Source: Patescibacteria group bacterium
GTDB taxonomy: Bacteria; Patescibacteriota; Minisyncoccia; 2-02-FULL-40-12; GWA2-44-9
Direction of reading: 5' to 3'
DNA length: 49,364 bases
Assembly (NCBI GenBank): GCA_038056025.1
Contig: JBBUGO010000014.1
Coordinates: 1-49,364 of the forward strand
Under the pieces are notes generated by a model. The model searched no databases, had not been told where the DNA came from, and saw nothing but the letters and a program-made list of their open reading frames with translations. The position numbers and the translations under genes are program-made. Of the stretch, positions 42,705-49,364 are shown in pieces (position 1 is the stretch's first letter; every line of letters begins with the position of its first letter).

Positions 42705-43262
42705 ATGGAGGACACCACATTGCAACGGTTTGAACAGTTGGTTGCACAGTATCAACGGACTATGGTTAATTTCCATTTCCGTTTTGTGGGAGATAAGTTC
42801 CAGGCGGAAGACCTGGCGCAGGACACTTTTTTGAAGGCCTATAAAAAATTTCATACGCTGAAAGACCCCGACAAAGTAAAGTCGTGGCTCATGGCTGTTG
42901 CTCGCAATGTTGTGATCGACTTCTATCGGAGGAACAAAGACAAAACGGTTGTGCTGGACGAATCGTTGCACGTGACCCATCCAGAGGCGACAACCGTTGA
43001 TTATCAGGACCAAATCAGTCAGGCGGAATTGTCGCGACAACTTGCGCAGTGCATCGACCGGTTGGTGAAGGAAGACCGGGCGATTGTTCGATTGTTGTAT
43101 TACGAAGGTTTTTCTTATCAGGAGATCGGCGAACTCTTGGGGATCAACCAAAACACATTAAAAAGCCGACTCCATCGGGCGCGGAAAGCGCTGCTGGGCG
43201 TGATCAAATCCGACCGAGCGCTTGCCGATGCCGCGATGGAGTATGGCAGTACACATCCCTAG
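42705..43262 (+). CDS. ECF-type sigma-70 family RNA polymerase sigma factor
   Basis: 185 aa. Region 2 reads DLAQDTFLKAYKKF. The region 4 HTH reads YYEGFSYQEIGELLGINQNTLKSRLHRARKAL. Confidence 0.85.
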   Translation: MEDTTLQRFEQLVAQYQRTMVNFHFRFVGDKFQAEDLAQDTFLKAYKKFHTLKDPDKVKSWLMAVARNVVIDFYRRNKDKTVVLDESLHVTHPEATTVDYQDQISQAELSRQLAQCIDRLVKEDRAIVRLLYYEGFSYQEIGELLGINQNTLKSRLHRARKALLGVIKSDRALADAAMEYGSTHP

Positions 43263-43263
43263 T

Positions 43264-43674
43264 ATGGATACCCATCATAAGGATGAGACGGTGATTGATA
43301 ATTATTTGCGGGCACATTTTATACGGGACACCCAGCTCATAGGGGGGATTGAACCATCGCGGGATTTTGTACCGCGGACGTTACGCCGCATCAAAGCATA
43401 TGACCACCGCCGACAGATCGTTCAAGACAGCGTGGTGGTAATGCTTACCGGATTGCCGGTCTTCCTGCGGCAGACATGGCTCTGGTTTCGGCAGGACTAT
43501 TTTTCCGTTGCGTCGCTTCCCTTTGGGCATACGATCAAGTATTTCTACGAACTATTCCTGTCAGCAATGACGCTCTATGGATTGGCGGCATTGGGGCTTG
43601 TTGTCCTCGCTTCCTATGTGATGAAGTTCCGCAAGAGCTTTATGATCCCAGCGCGGCAGTTTATCTCCTGGTAG
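43264..43674 (+). CDS. Putative membrane anti-sigma factor (by position only)
   Basis: 136 aa from MDTHHKDE. It lies immediately after the ECF sigma stop and has two or more TM helices. It has no zf-HC2 motif. Confidence 0.35.
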   Translation: MDTHHKDETVIDNYLRAHFIRDTQLIGGIEPSRDFVPRTLRRIKAYDHRRQIVQDSVVVMLTGLPVFLRQTWLWFRQDYFSVASLPFGHTIKYFYELFLSAMTLYGLAALGLVVLASYVMKFRKSFMIPARQFISW

Positions 43675-43680
43675 TATAAT

Positions 43681-43710
43681 ACAAAAACACCTCGTACGAG
43701 GTGTTTTTGT
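43681..43710. terminator. Bidirectional hairpin terminator
   Basis: The hairpin acaaaaacacctcgtacgaggtgtttttgt lies between convergent genes. Confidence 0.7.
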
Positions 43711-43712
43711 AT

Positions 43713-44057
43713 TTAGGGGGCTTGCTGGAGAACCCTTTTGAATACATCCGGGTGATTCGCTGCAAGGTCTGACAGCATTTTTCGGTCAAGCTCGATGTGA
43801 GCTTTTTTAAGTCGCGCAATCAGCCGCGAATAACTCACGCCTTCTTGCCGTGCAGCCGCTCCAATCTTGATTTGCCAAAGGCGACGGAAATTGCGCTTTT
43901 TCTTTTTACGGTCGGCAAATTGAAATGCCCAGGCATGCAGAAGGGCTTCTTTTGCCTGGCGCGGCTTTGATTTGCGCGTCCACTTAAAACCTTTTACGTG
44001 CTTGAGTAGACGTGTACGCTTTTTATTTGCAATGGTGCCTCGTTTAACGCGTGTCAT
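43713..44057 (-). CDS. rplT: 50S ribosomal protein L20
   Basis: 114 aa from MTRVKRGTIANKKRTRLLKHVKGF. Confidence 0.9.
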   Translation of the reverse strand: MTRVKRGTIANKKRTRLLKHVKGFKWTRKSKPRQAKEALLHAWAFQFADRKKKKRNFRRLWQIKIGAAARQEGVSYSRLIARLKKAHIELDRKMLSDLAANHPDVFKRVLQQAP

Positions 44058-44140
44058 GGTGGAGTATCGGAGTGGGGGTCCCCGGTCGCCCGCGAGGGTC
44101 CCTTTAGGGACATGCATAGGCGACTAGCGGGAACTCTGTG

Positions 44141-44341
44141 CTAATAACTGGGGATCAGCGCCTTGGTTACATTCACTAAATAGCTAGGTACGTGAACCGT
44201 CCCGCGCTTTGAGCGAGTGCGGTTGCCTGATTCTTTTGCATTGAAATGGTTTTGATGCGGGTGGCGCTTAGTAATGCCCCCTCCGCCGGTGATTTTAATC
44301 CGTTTCAGAAATGATTTGTTGGTTTTATTGCTCTTTGCCAT
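44141..44341 (-). CDS. rpmI: 50S ribosomal protein L35
   Basis: 66 aa. It contains KSFLKRIKITGGGGITKRHPHQNH. Confidence 0.85.
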   Translation of the reverse strand: MAKSNKTNKSFLKRIKITGGGGITKRHPHQNHFNAKESGNRTRSKRGTVHVPSYLVNVTKALIPSY

Positions 44342-44351
44342 ATGCTACAAG

Positions 44352-44879
44352 CTATTTGCTGTTTACCTTCTTGTCCCTTTGCACCATGATGACCCATCCG
44401 TAGGGCGACCGCCGAGGCTGGTCAAGGGTTATGAAAGGGTGCTGGAGAAGCTTTAAAAATTCCAGAAGCTTTTGCCTGCCCATCTCGGCAAGGCCTTTTT
44501 CGCGGCCGCGCAACGTGAGCTCTACTTTAACGTTATGGCCCTCGCCCAAGAACTCATCGGCCCTCTTTGCTTTGACCTGCAGGTCATGTGCACCGGTTTT
44601 GAACCCAACGCGGATGGTCTTTGTTTCCTGATCTTTTGGTTTTTTTACGCCGGATTTCTTTTCCTGACGCTCTTTCTGGTACAGGTACCTACCCAAATCC
44701 ATGATCTTGGTGATGGGCGGCTGGGCATTCGGGCCCACCTCCACCAAGTCCAAATCCTGCTGTTGGGCGAGCTTAAGCGCTTCGTAGGTCTTCATCGTAC
44801 CCAGCTGTTCACCGGAGGGGCCAATGACCTGAACTTCGGGAACGCGGATAAAGTTGTTGGCGCGAAGTTGTTTCTGCAA
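44352..44879 (-). CDS. infC: Translation initiation factor IF-3
   Basis: 175 aa. It contains NNFIRVPEVQVIGPSGEQLGTM and KEKGLAEMGRQ. The first codon in the track ORF is TTG, a non-ATG start, as is common for infC. Confidence 0.9.
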   Translation of the reverse strand: MQKQLRANNFIRVPEVQVIGPSGEQLGTMKTYEALKLAQQQDLDLVEVGPNAQPPITKIMDLGRYLYQKERQEKKSGVKKPKDQETKTIRVGFKTGAHDLQVKAKRADEFLGEGHNVKVELTLRGREKGLAEMGRQKLLEFLKLLQHPFITLDQPRRSPYGWVIMVQRDKKVNSK

Positions 44880-44920
44880 CGTATCAAAAAATCAGTGCCC
44901 CCAAGCGTACCACGAGATTG

Positions 44921-45256
44921 CTAAATTGCCAAGAGGTGGTTAATCTTTGCCGCCATGATGAAATCATTCTCCGATAAGCCGCCGATGGAGTGGGTCCACA
45001 GTTCAAGACGCAGTGTGGCGTACGAGAGATGAATGTCGGGATGATGTCCTTCTCGTTCGGCAAGATCGGCAATTGTATTGACCAATGCCATAGCACTCCG
45101 GAAATTCTTCAGCCGAAGTTCTTTGGAGATTTTTTTATTGCTGTTATCCAGCGTCCAACCAGTTGCCTGTGCTAGGTATTGGTGCGATTGCTCTGGCGTC
45201 ATAGGAGGAACGCCACCCTCGCATGGTACACATTTTTTATTGAGAAGAGTATCCAT
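44921..45256 (-). CDS. Pterin-4-alpha-carbinolamine dehydratase-like protein
   Basis: 111 aa from MDTLLNKKCVPCEGG. It contains AEREGHHPDIHLSYATLRLELWTHSIGGLSENDF. Confidence 0.8.
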   Translation of the reverse strand: MDTLLNKKCVPCEGGVPPMTPEQSHQYLAQATGWTLDNSNKKISKELRLKNFRSAMALVNTIADLAEREGHHPDIHLSYATLRLELWTHSIGGLSENDFIMAAKINHLLAI

Positions 45257-45324
45257 ACTTCCACTGTATGAAAAACAGACGCCCGCCGCAACTCCGTATG
45301 AAGTTGCGACGGGCACAGCGGGCG

Positions 45325-45798
45325 TCATGACAGCGGCCAAGCGCCGTCATTATCGCGCCGGTAGGGCGGTTTTTGACCGTGCCCGAGAAATCTGATGTCG
45401 TAGAACCTGCGCTGGAGAGATGTGGTCGGCGGACGCTTGCCGACATCGAAGTAGCATCGCCGGCCCTGGAAACGATCGGGGAATCGCGGGTCAGCGGGTG
45501 GCACATCGAGCGAGCCGTATCCGGCAACAACCCAGTTCCATCGCTGGAGGTTCAGCCGGTACATTCGCAGACGCACGGGCATGTCTAAAAAATCCGGTAG
45601 CGTGATGTAGATCGCCCAACGCTCAACACCCTCATGACGACTGGTAAGCCGCTCGCGCTTCCTAATGTGGAAACGCGCGCCGCGAATTGGCCGGAGACTT
45701 TCAGCGACTTGTGCGATTTCTTTAAGGAACGCTTCCGTCTCTTCACGAACACCTCTCACCACAGACCAATCGATAGAGTACATGTCCTCCTCCAACAC
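45325..45798 (-). CDS. Hypothetical protein (GC-rich orphan)
   Basis: 157 aa with no recognised motif. Two 60-nt lines I counted here are 55% and 65% GC. Confidence 0.35.
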   Translation of the reverse strand: MLEEDMYSIDWSVVRGVREETEAFLKEIAQVAESLRPIRGARFHIRKRERLTSRHEGVERWAIYITLPDFLDMPVRLRMYRLNLQRWNWVVAGYGSLDVPPADPRFPDRFQGRRCYFDVGKRPPTTSLQRRFYDIRFLGHGQKPPYRRDNDGAWPLS

Positions 45799-45825
45799 TA
45801 TCGTAGCGGCTTGATGAAGGTTTTG

Positions 45826-46455
45826 TCAACGGCGATTTGTTAAAAGTGGGAGAGGATCAATAGCGTGTCGCAGGACGTATACGCCAAGGTGGAGGTGATA
45901 GGGAGTGTCTTCTGCATTTCCAGTATTGCCGACAAAACCAAGGATGGTGTCAGTGGTAACTTCTTGCCCCACACGCAGACCTTTTGCGAACCTATCGAGA
46001 TGTGCGTAGTAATAACGGCGTCCTCCTGCGCCGACAATATTGACAATATTGCCGCCAATATCGGTGGCGGCAATACGTGTGACATAGCCGTAGGTACCGG
46101 AGAAAACAGGCGTGCCCTTGGGGGAAAAGATGTCCTGGCCTTCATGAGTGCGGTCTTCAGGGCGCGGCGCTCCCCACGAATCGGCAATACCGGAAACTTT
46201 TACGCCATATACAGGCACAAGGATTTCTGTGTCGGGTGCTTGCCAGGAAAGACGGGCAATTTTAATAGGTAATGTGATGCGCTCAAGGAAGTTGCGAGTG
46301 GTCTCTGAAAGGGTGAGTGTTTGATCGGGGTAGTATTTAGGAAAGTTAACAGTGAGGTAGAGAAGATAGACACACACGGACAGAAAGAGAATGACCAGTA
46401 TGAGAATGATTCGTGTGGATCGTTTTTCCAACATAGAGAAATTATAGCATGACAC
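45826..46455 (-). CDS. M23-family metallopeptidase, membrane anchored
   Basis: It contains the HEGQDIF motif and the HLH motif (TPYHLHLGVY), plus an N-terminal TM helix. The start may instead be the Met at 46434. Confidence 0.85.
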   Translation of the reverse strand: MSCYNFSMLEKRSTRIILILVILFLSVCVYLLYLTVNFPKYYPDQTLTLSETTRNFLERITLPIKIARLSWQAPDTEILVPVYGVKVSGIADSWGAPRPEDRTHEGQDIFSPKGTPVFSGTYGYVTRIAATDIGGNIVNIVGAGGRRYYYAHLDRFAKGLRVGQEVTTDTILGFVGNTGNAEDTPYHLHLGVYVLRHAIDPLPLLTNRR

Positions 46456-46458
46456 AAT

Positions 46459-46486
46459 AAAAAACCGCCCATGGGCGGTTTTTTAT
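46459..46486 (-). terminator. Intrinsic terminator after ssrA
   Basis: The hairpin aaaaaaccgcccatgggcggtttttt lies directly 3' of the tmRNA. Confidence 0.7.
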
Positions 46487-46491
46487 TAGGG

Positions 46492-46845
46492 TGGAGATGG
46501 GCGGAATTGAACCGCCGTCCAAAGTCGGAATCCGTGGATGTACTACCGTGGTAGGCGATTTGGTATGGGCGTGAAGTAAAAACCGCCAAAATAATTCACA
46601 CCGTGTTCTCTAAAGTTTCGGCTGTACGCGAGAGAACGACGCTCCAGCCAGAGCTCGATAATAACACCCCATGATCTCGTATCGAGCATCCGAGTGGGAT
46701 GGCTTACCTAACCGAAGTTAGGCGAAAGCGTAGTTACTGGAATAGTTGCCAGTTACTTTGATTGGCCGAAAGATTTACGTGGCTCACAGCCATCCACGCG
46801 CGGCATCACACAGATGAACAAACTTCGTCGAAGCCGATCATCCCC
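46492..46845 (-). ncRNA. ssrA: tmRNA (SsrA)
   Basis: The 5' end reads GGGGATGATCGGCTTCGACG and the 3' end reads GGACGGCGGTTCAATTCCGCCCATCTCCA. The acceptor has a G3.U70 pair. The tag frame GGCAACTATTCCAGTAACTACGCTTTCGCCTAA (complement of 46718-46750) encodes GNYSSNYAFA*. Confidence 0.9.
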
Positions 46846-46853
46846 GTGGGTAT

Positions 46854-46882
46854 AGTATAGCAAAAATGCGCACTCTTTACAA
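46854..46882 (-). promoter_or_regulatory. Putative ssrA promoter
   Basis: On the minus strand, TTGTAA, a 17-nt spacer, then TATACT, 8 nt before the tmRNA 5' G. Confidence 0.5.
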
Positions 46883-46908
46883 GACGTATAAACACTGCAT
46901 AATGTTGG

Positions 46909-47199
46909 GTGCAAGGAGGAGCTTTGACCCACAGAGGCGACGAGTTCAAGAAGAACCTTACCGCGTTGTGGTATCTATTGAGCCGACTTCCCGATCATGT
47001 GCTCCGGACACTCCGAGATGCGCCCATCGATAAGCCACTTTCAGAACTTCCAACGCCCATTGCGACGGAAGATCGTTTTCTTCTGGAGCAGTTTTGGACG
47101 GAGCCAGTGACGAAAGAACTCGTTCGTCTGGCAGTTCAGGAAGAACTTACAGGTCGGGCACAGAAAGCAAGAAGTTCAAAAACACCAACTATCCACTGA
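46909..47199 (+). CDS. Hypothetical protein
   Basis: 96 aa with a GTG start in the track. An in-frame TTG at 46924 sits just after an AAGGAGGA motif. I recognised no motif. Confidence 0.3.
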   Translation: MQGGALTHRGDEFKKNLTALWYLLSRLPDHVLRTLRDAPIDKPLSELPTPIATEDRFLLEQFWTEPVTKELVRLAVQEELTGRAQKARSSKTPTIH

Positions 47200-47238
47200 C
47201 CCGTCGTGCCCAGAGGAGCGCGGCGGGCTTTCGTTTAT

Positions 47239-47280
47239 AAAAAAGAATCGGGTGCTACGCGAACATGCGCAACACCCGAT
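47239..47280 (-). terminator. Intrinsic terminator downstream of the 155-aa orphan ORF
   Basis: On the minus strand, atcgggtgttgcgcatgttcgcgtagcacccgat is followed by tctttttt. Confidence 0.6.
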
Positions 47281-47290
47281 GGGTTGGCCG

Positions 47291-47758
47291 TCAGGCCAGG
47301 TAGGGACGCCTTCGTTCGAAGGTCGGCAAGCTGGGGGACGCGGTTTGCCTGAGGCGGTTCGTGACCGTAGTCGGTCTCCACCGCAGGAAGTTGCGCAGCA
47401 CTTGGGCCGCGCAACTTTCGGTGTGGCAGTCCGGATAGATCTTCACCGCTTGCTGAAGGTCGCCGGGGATCCATGCGGGGAATCGATGAGAGGTGTCCGT
47501 TCCCCGGCAGATGAAGCGGAAGTGCCGCTTCGTCTCTCCGGTTCGAGGGATGCGGTCGAAGACCGGCACGGGTAGGCGATCATGTGGCAGTCGCAGTAGC
47601 CACTCCATGATCTCCTCCCCCTCTTCTGCCACAAGATGCAAAGTGCCGGATCTGGCGCCTCCGCTCTCCCGTTGCAGCTTGATGGCAGTTGCGATCACGG
47701 CTTCGCTGAGACGGTTCGACCCAGCCAGCGTGAACAGCGCAATTCCGTCTTTACTCAT
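47291..47758 (-). CDS. Hypothetical protein (GC-rich orphan between smpB and ssrA)
   Basis: 155 aa with no recognised motif. It is followed by a terminator. One 60-nt line I counted (47301-47360) is 65% GC. Confidence 0.4.
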   Translation of the reverse strand: MSKDGIALFTLAGSNRLSEAVIATAIKLQRESGGARSGTLHLVAEEGEEIMEWLLRLPHDRLPVPVFDRIPRTGETKRHFRFICRGTDTSHRFPAWIPGDLQQAVKIYPDCHTESCAAQVLRNFLRWRPTTVTNRLRQTASPSLPTFERRRPYLA

Positions 47759-47948
47759 TTCACCCCCATGAAGGAAAAGCCAGTCCCCGGGATTCGGGAG
47801 CTGGCTTGAGGTTTTCTTTAGACGATTTGGATCATGTTTGGAGAAATTCTCGAGTCAACACCCGAACCCTCATGACAGAGGGCAATAAGCAACTTCGTAA
47901 ACAGGACGTAGTGCGCTCGGGACATAGGGTTATACTATCAGCTATTTC

Positions 47949-48383
47949 TTATCCGTCAATGCCTCGCTGACGGGCTCGGGCAACGTCTTTTTTCTTGATT
48001 GCTTCCCGTTTGTCATATTTTTTCTTACCCTTAGCGATGCCAATGAGGAGCTTGATACGCCCGTGCACCGCATAGAGTTTGAGGGGAATGAGCGCAAGGC
48101 CATGAAGTCCTGTAAGCGCGTTGATCTGCTTTTTATTCAGTAGGAGCGCCCGACTTGCTTGCGGGTCGTAATCACCGGGAATATTGGCCGGCTGGTACGG
48201 CGCGATGATAGCGCCGACGAGCATGGGTCGACCGTTGATGATTTTGACGTACGAGCCCTTGAGTGAGGCCTTGCCCGTTTTGATTGATTTTACTTCGTAG
48301 CCCTTGAGCACCAACCCCGCCTCGAGCGTTTCAAGGATTTCATAGTCAAACGTTGCTCGTGGGTTGGAAGCGAAATCTGGCAT
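47949..48383 (-). CDS. smpB: SsrA-binding protein SmpB
   Basis: 144 aa. It contains NPRATFDYEILETLEAGLVLKGYEVKSIK and a basic C-terminal tail. Confidence 0.9.
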   Translation of the reverse strand: MPDFASNPRATFDYEILETLEAGLVLKGYEVKSIKTGKASLKGSYVKIINGRPMLVGAIIAPYQPANIPGDYDPQASRALLLNKKQINALTGLHGLALIPLKLYAVHGRIKLLIGIAKGKKKYDKREAIKKKDVARARQRGIDG

Positions 48384-48386
48384 GCA

Positions 48387-49364
48387 TCATGTTCTCTCTT
48401 GGAGGACAACGGGAAGTTTGAGCGTTTTTTCACCGCGCATGACCGTGAGGGTCACTTCTTCACCGACTTTGCATTTTTGCAATGCGTCAGTCAGGTTCAC
48501 CTTTTCATTCAGCGCCTTTCCGTTGACTTCGGTGATGATGTCATTCTCTTTGAGCCCTGCTTTTGCGGCGGGAGAGTGCGGGATGACGGCTTGAGAGTCG
48601 GGGCGATGATCGCGCATGACTAATGCCCCGTAATCAACGGGGAGCGAATATTTTTCTTTAGCATCTTTTGAAAGCGTCACATACATCAGCCCAATGTAGG
48701 GTTTGATGATGCGGCCGTGTTTTATGATGTCTTCCAGATCCTGCTTGGCCCAGTTAATGGGGATAGAAAAGCCGATGTTTTGCGCGCCAAAGATGACGGC
48801 GGTGTTGATGGCCACGACACGGCCCTCCAAATCCAATAGGGGCCCTCCGGAATTTCCCTGGTTGATGGCCACATCGGTCTGCACCACGCCGCGGAGCTCC
48901 TCGGCGTGTTCGCCGGAACCCAGTGCGGCAGAAATACTGCGCGCAAGGCCGGAGATGATACCTTTAGAGACACTATTGGAGAATAACCCAAGTGCATTGC
49001 CGATGGCTACTACGGTCTGCCCGAGTTGGAGTTGACCAGAGTTGCCCAGCTCAAGGATGGGAAGATCTTTCGCCTCAATCTTTAATACGGCAATATCATT
49101 AACCGGATCGCGCGACAGCACCTTAGCGGGATGTTCCTTCTCATCACTCGTGATGACGGTATATTCTGCGTCGGTATCGAAAACGACATGCTTATTCGTG
49201 AGAACGAGGCCGTCTGACTTTACAATGAACCCGGAACCGCCCCCGACCTTTGTCTTCTGCTTTGCGCCATCATCCACGTCTTCTATCGCAAAAGGATTAA
49301 AGAGCGACGCGGGGCTTAGTCCGCGTACTTTAGGCAGGTATTTAGTGATTACAATACTGACGAC
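48387..49364 (-). CDS. HtrA/DegP-like trypsin-family serine protease with C-terminal PDZ (5' end outside window)
   Basis: The frame stays open to the window edge. The His region is TNKHVV, the Asp region is DIAVLK and the Ser region is GNSGGPL. The PDZ domain includes GLKENDIITEVNGK. Confidence 0.85.
   Translation of the reverse strand, partial: VVSIVITKYLPKVRGLSPASLFNPFAIEDVDDGAKQKTKVGGGSGFIVKSDGLVLTNKHVVFDTDAEYTVITSDEKEHPAKVLSRDPVNDIAVLKIEAKDLPILELGNSGQLQLGQTVVAIGNALGLFSNSVSKGIISGLARSISAALGSGEHAEELRGVVQTDVAINQGNSGGPLLDLEGRVVAINTAVIFGAQNIGFSIPINWAKQDLEDIIKHGRIIKPYIGLMYVTLSKDAKEKYSLPVDYGALVMRDHRPDSQAVIPHSPAAKAGLKENDIITEVNGKALNEKVNLTDALQKCKVGEEVTLTVMRGEKTLKLPVVLQERT

Noticed and set aside
42669-43151. 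ORF 42669..43151(-), 160 aa.
   Set aside because: It is antisense to the clearly recognisable ECF sigma factor gene and has no motifs.
47779-47820. The hairpin aagccagtccccgggattcgggagctggctt followed by a T-rich run on the plus strand, as evidence that the 47.3-47.8 kb gene is on the plus strand (ORFs 47252..47575 and 47493..47771).
   Set aside because: The minus-strand ORF is the longest at 155 aa and has its own clean terminator at 47239-47280. The hairpin may be a 5' leader structure or a bidirectional element. Strand assignment remains low confidence.
1-49364. CRISPR arrays, rRNA genes, IS transposases, integrases, reverse transcriptases and toxin-antitoxin pairs.
   Set aside because: I saw no spaced direct-repeat arrays and no ORFs with the corresponding catalytic motifs while reading the ORF track and the intergenic regions.

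Overview
This 49.4-kb chromosomal window appears to come from a small-genome, CPR/Patescibacteria-like bacterium. That placement is an inference from gene content: a short YidC, a shortened YebC, T4SS-pilin-like paralogues and an intron-containing tRNA. The window is mostly housekeeping genes. It holds the origin neighbourhood (jag-yidC-yidD-rnpA-rpmH on the minus strand, diverging from dnaA-dnaN), then PBP1A, tyrS, ruvB-yebC-ruvC, a PilB/GspE ATPase, nusA, tig and a cysteine desulfurase. Further on are rplS, an RluA-family synthase, ftsH, an S1-domain protein, gyrA, hsp20, prsW, valS, tsaD, an ECF sigma factor, infC-rpmI-rplT, ssrA, smpB and an HtrA-like protease. I found ten tRNA genes by hand-folding and saw no rRNA, CRISPR array or transposase. 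Seven observations stand out. (1) tRNA-Phe(GAA) is interrupted in its anticodon loop by a 207-nt group I intron, next to a free-standing LAGLIDADG-like ORF. (2) A tRNA-Glu locus has 5' and 3' tRNA fragments flanking a GIY-YIG ORF plus an intact tRNA copy. (3) A 13-nt repeat of the tRNA-Arg 3' end lies downstream of a hairpin-rich spacer. (4) A ~167-nt intergenic element is closed by a 24-bp stem and is either a structured RNA or a MITE. (5) Five tandem genes encode T4SS-pilin-like proteins, one fused to a lytic-transglycosylase domain and two carrying Cys-knot-like tails, preceded by an orphan solute-binding protein. (6) A split VirB4-like ATPase lies at the left edge. (7) GC-rich orphan genes sit around ssrA. 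All calls come from reading the sequence and the ORF track, with no searches run.
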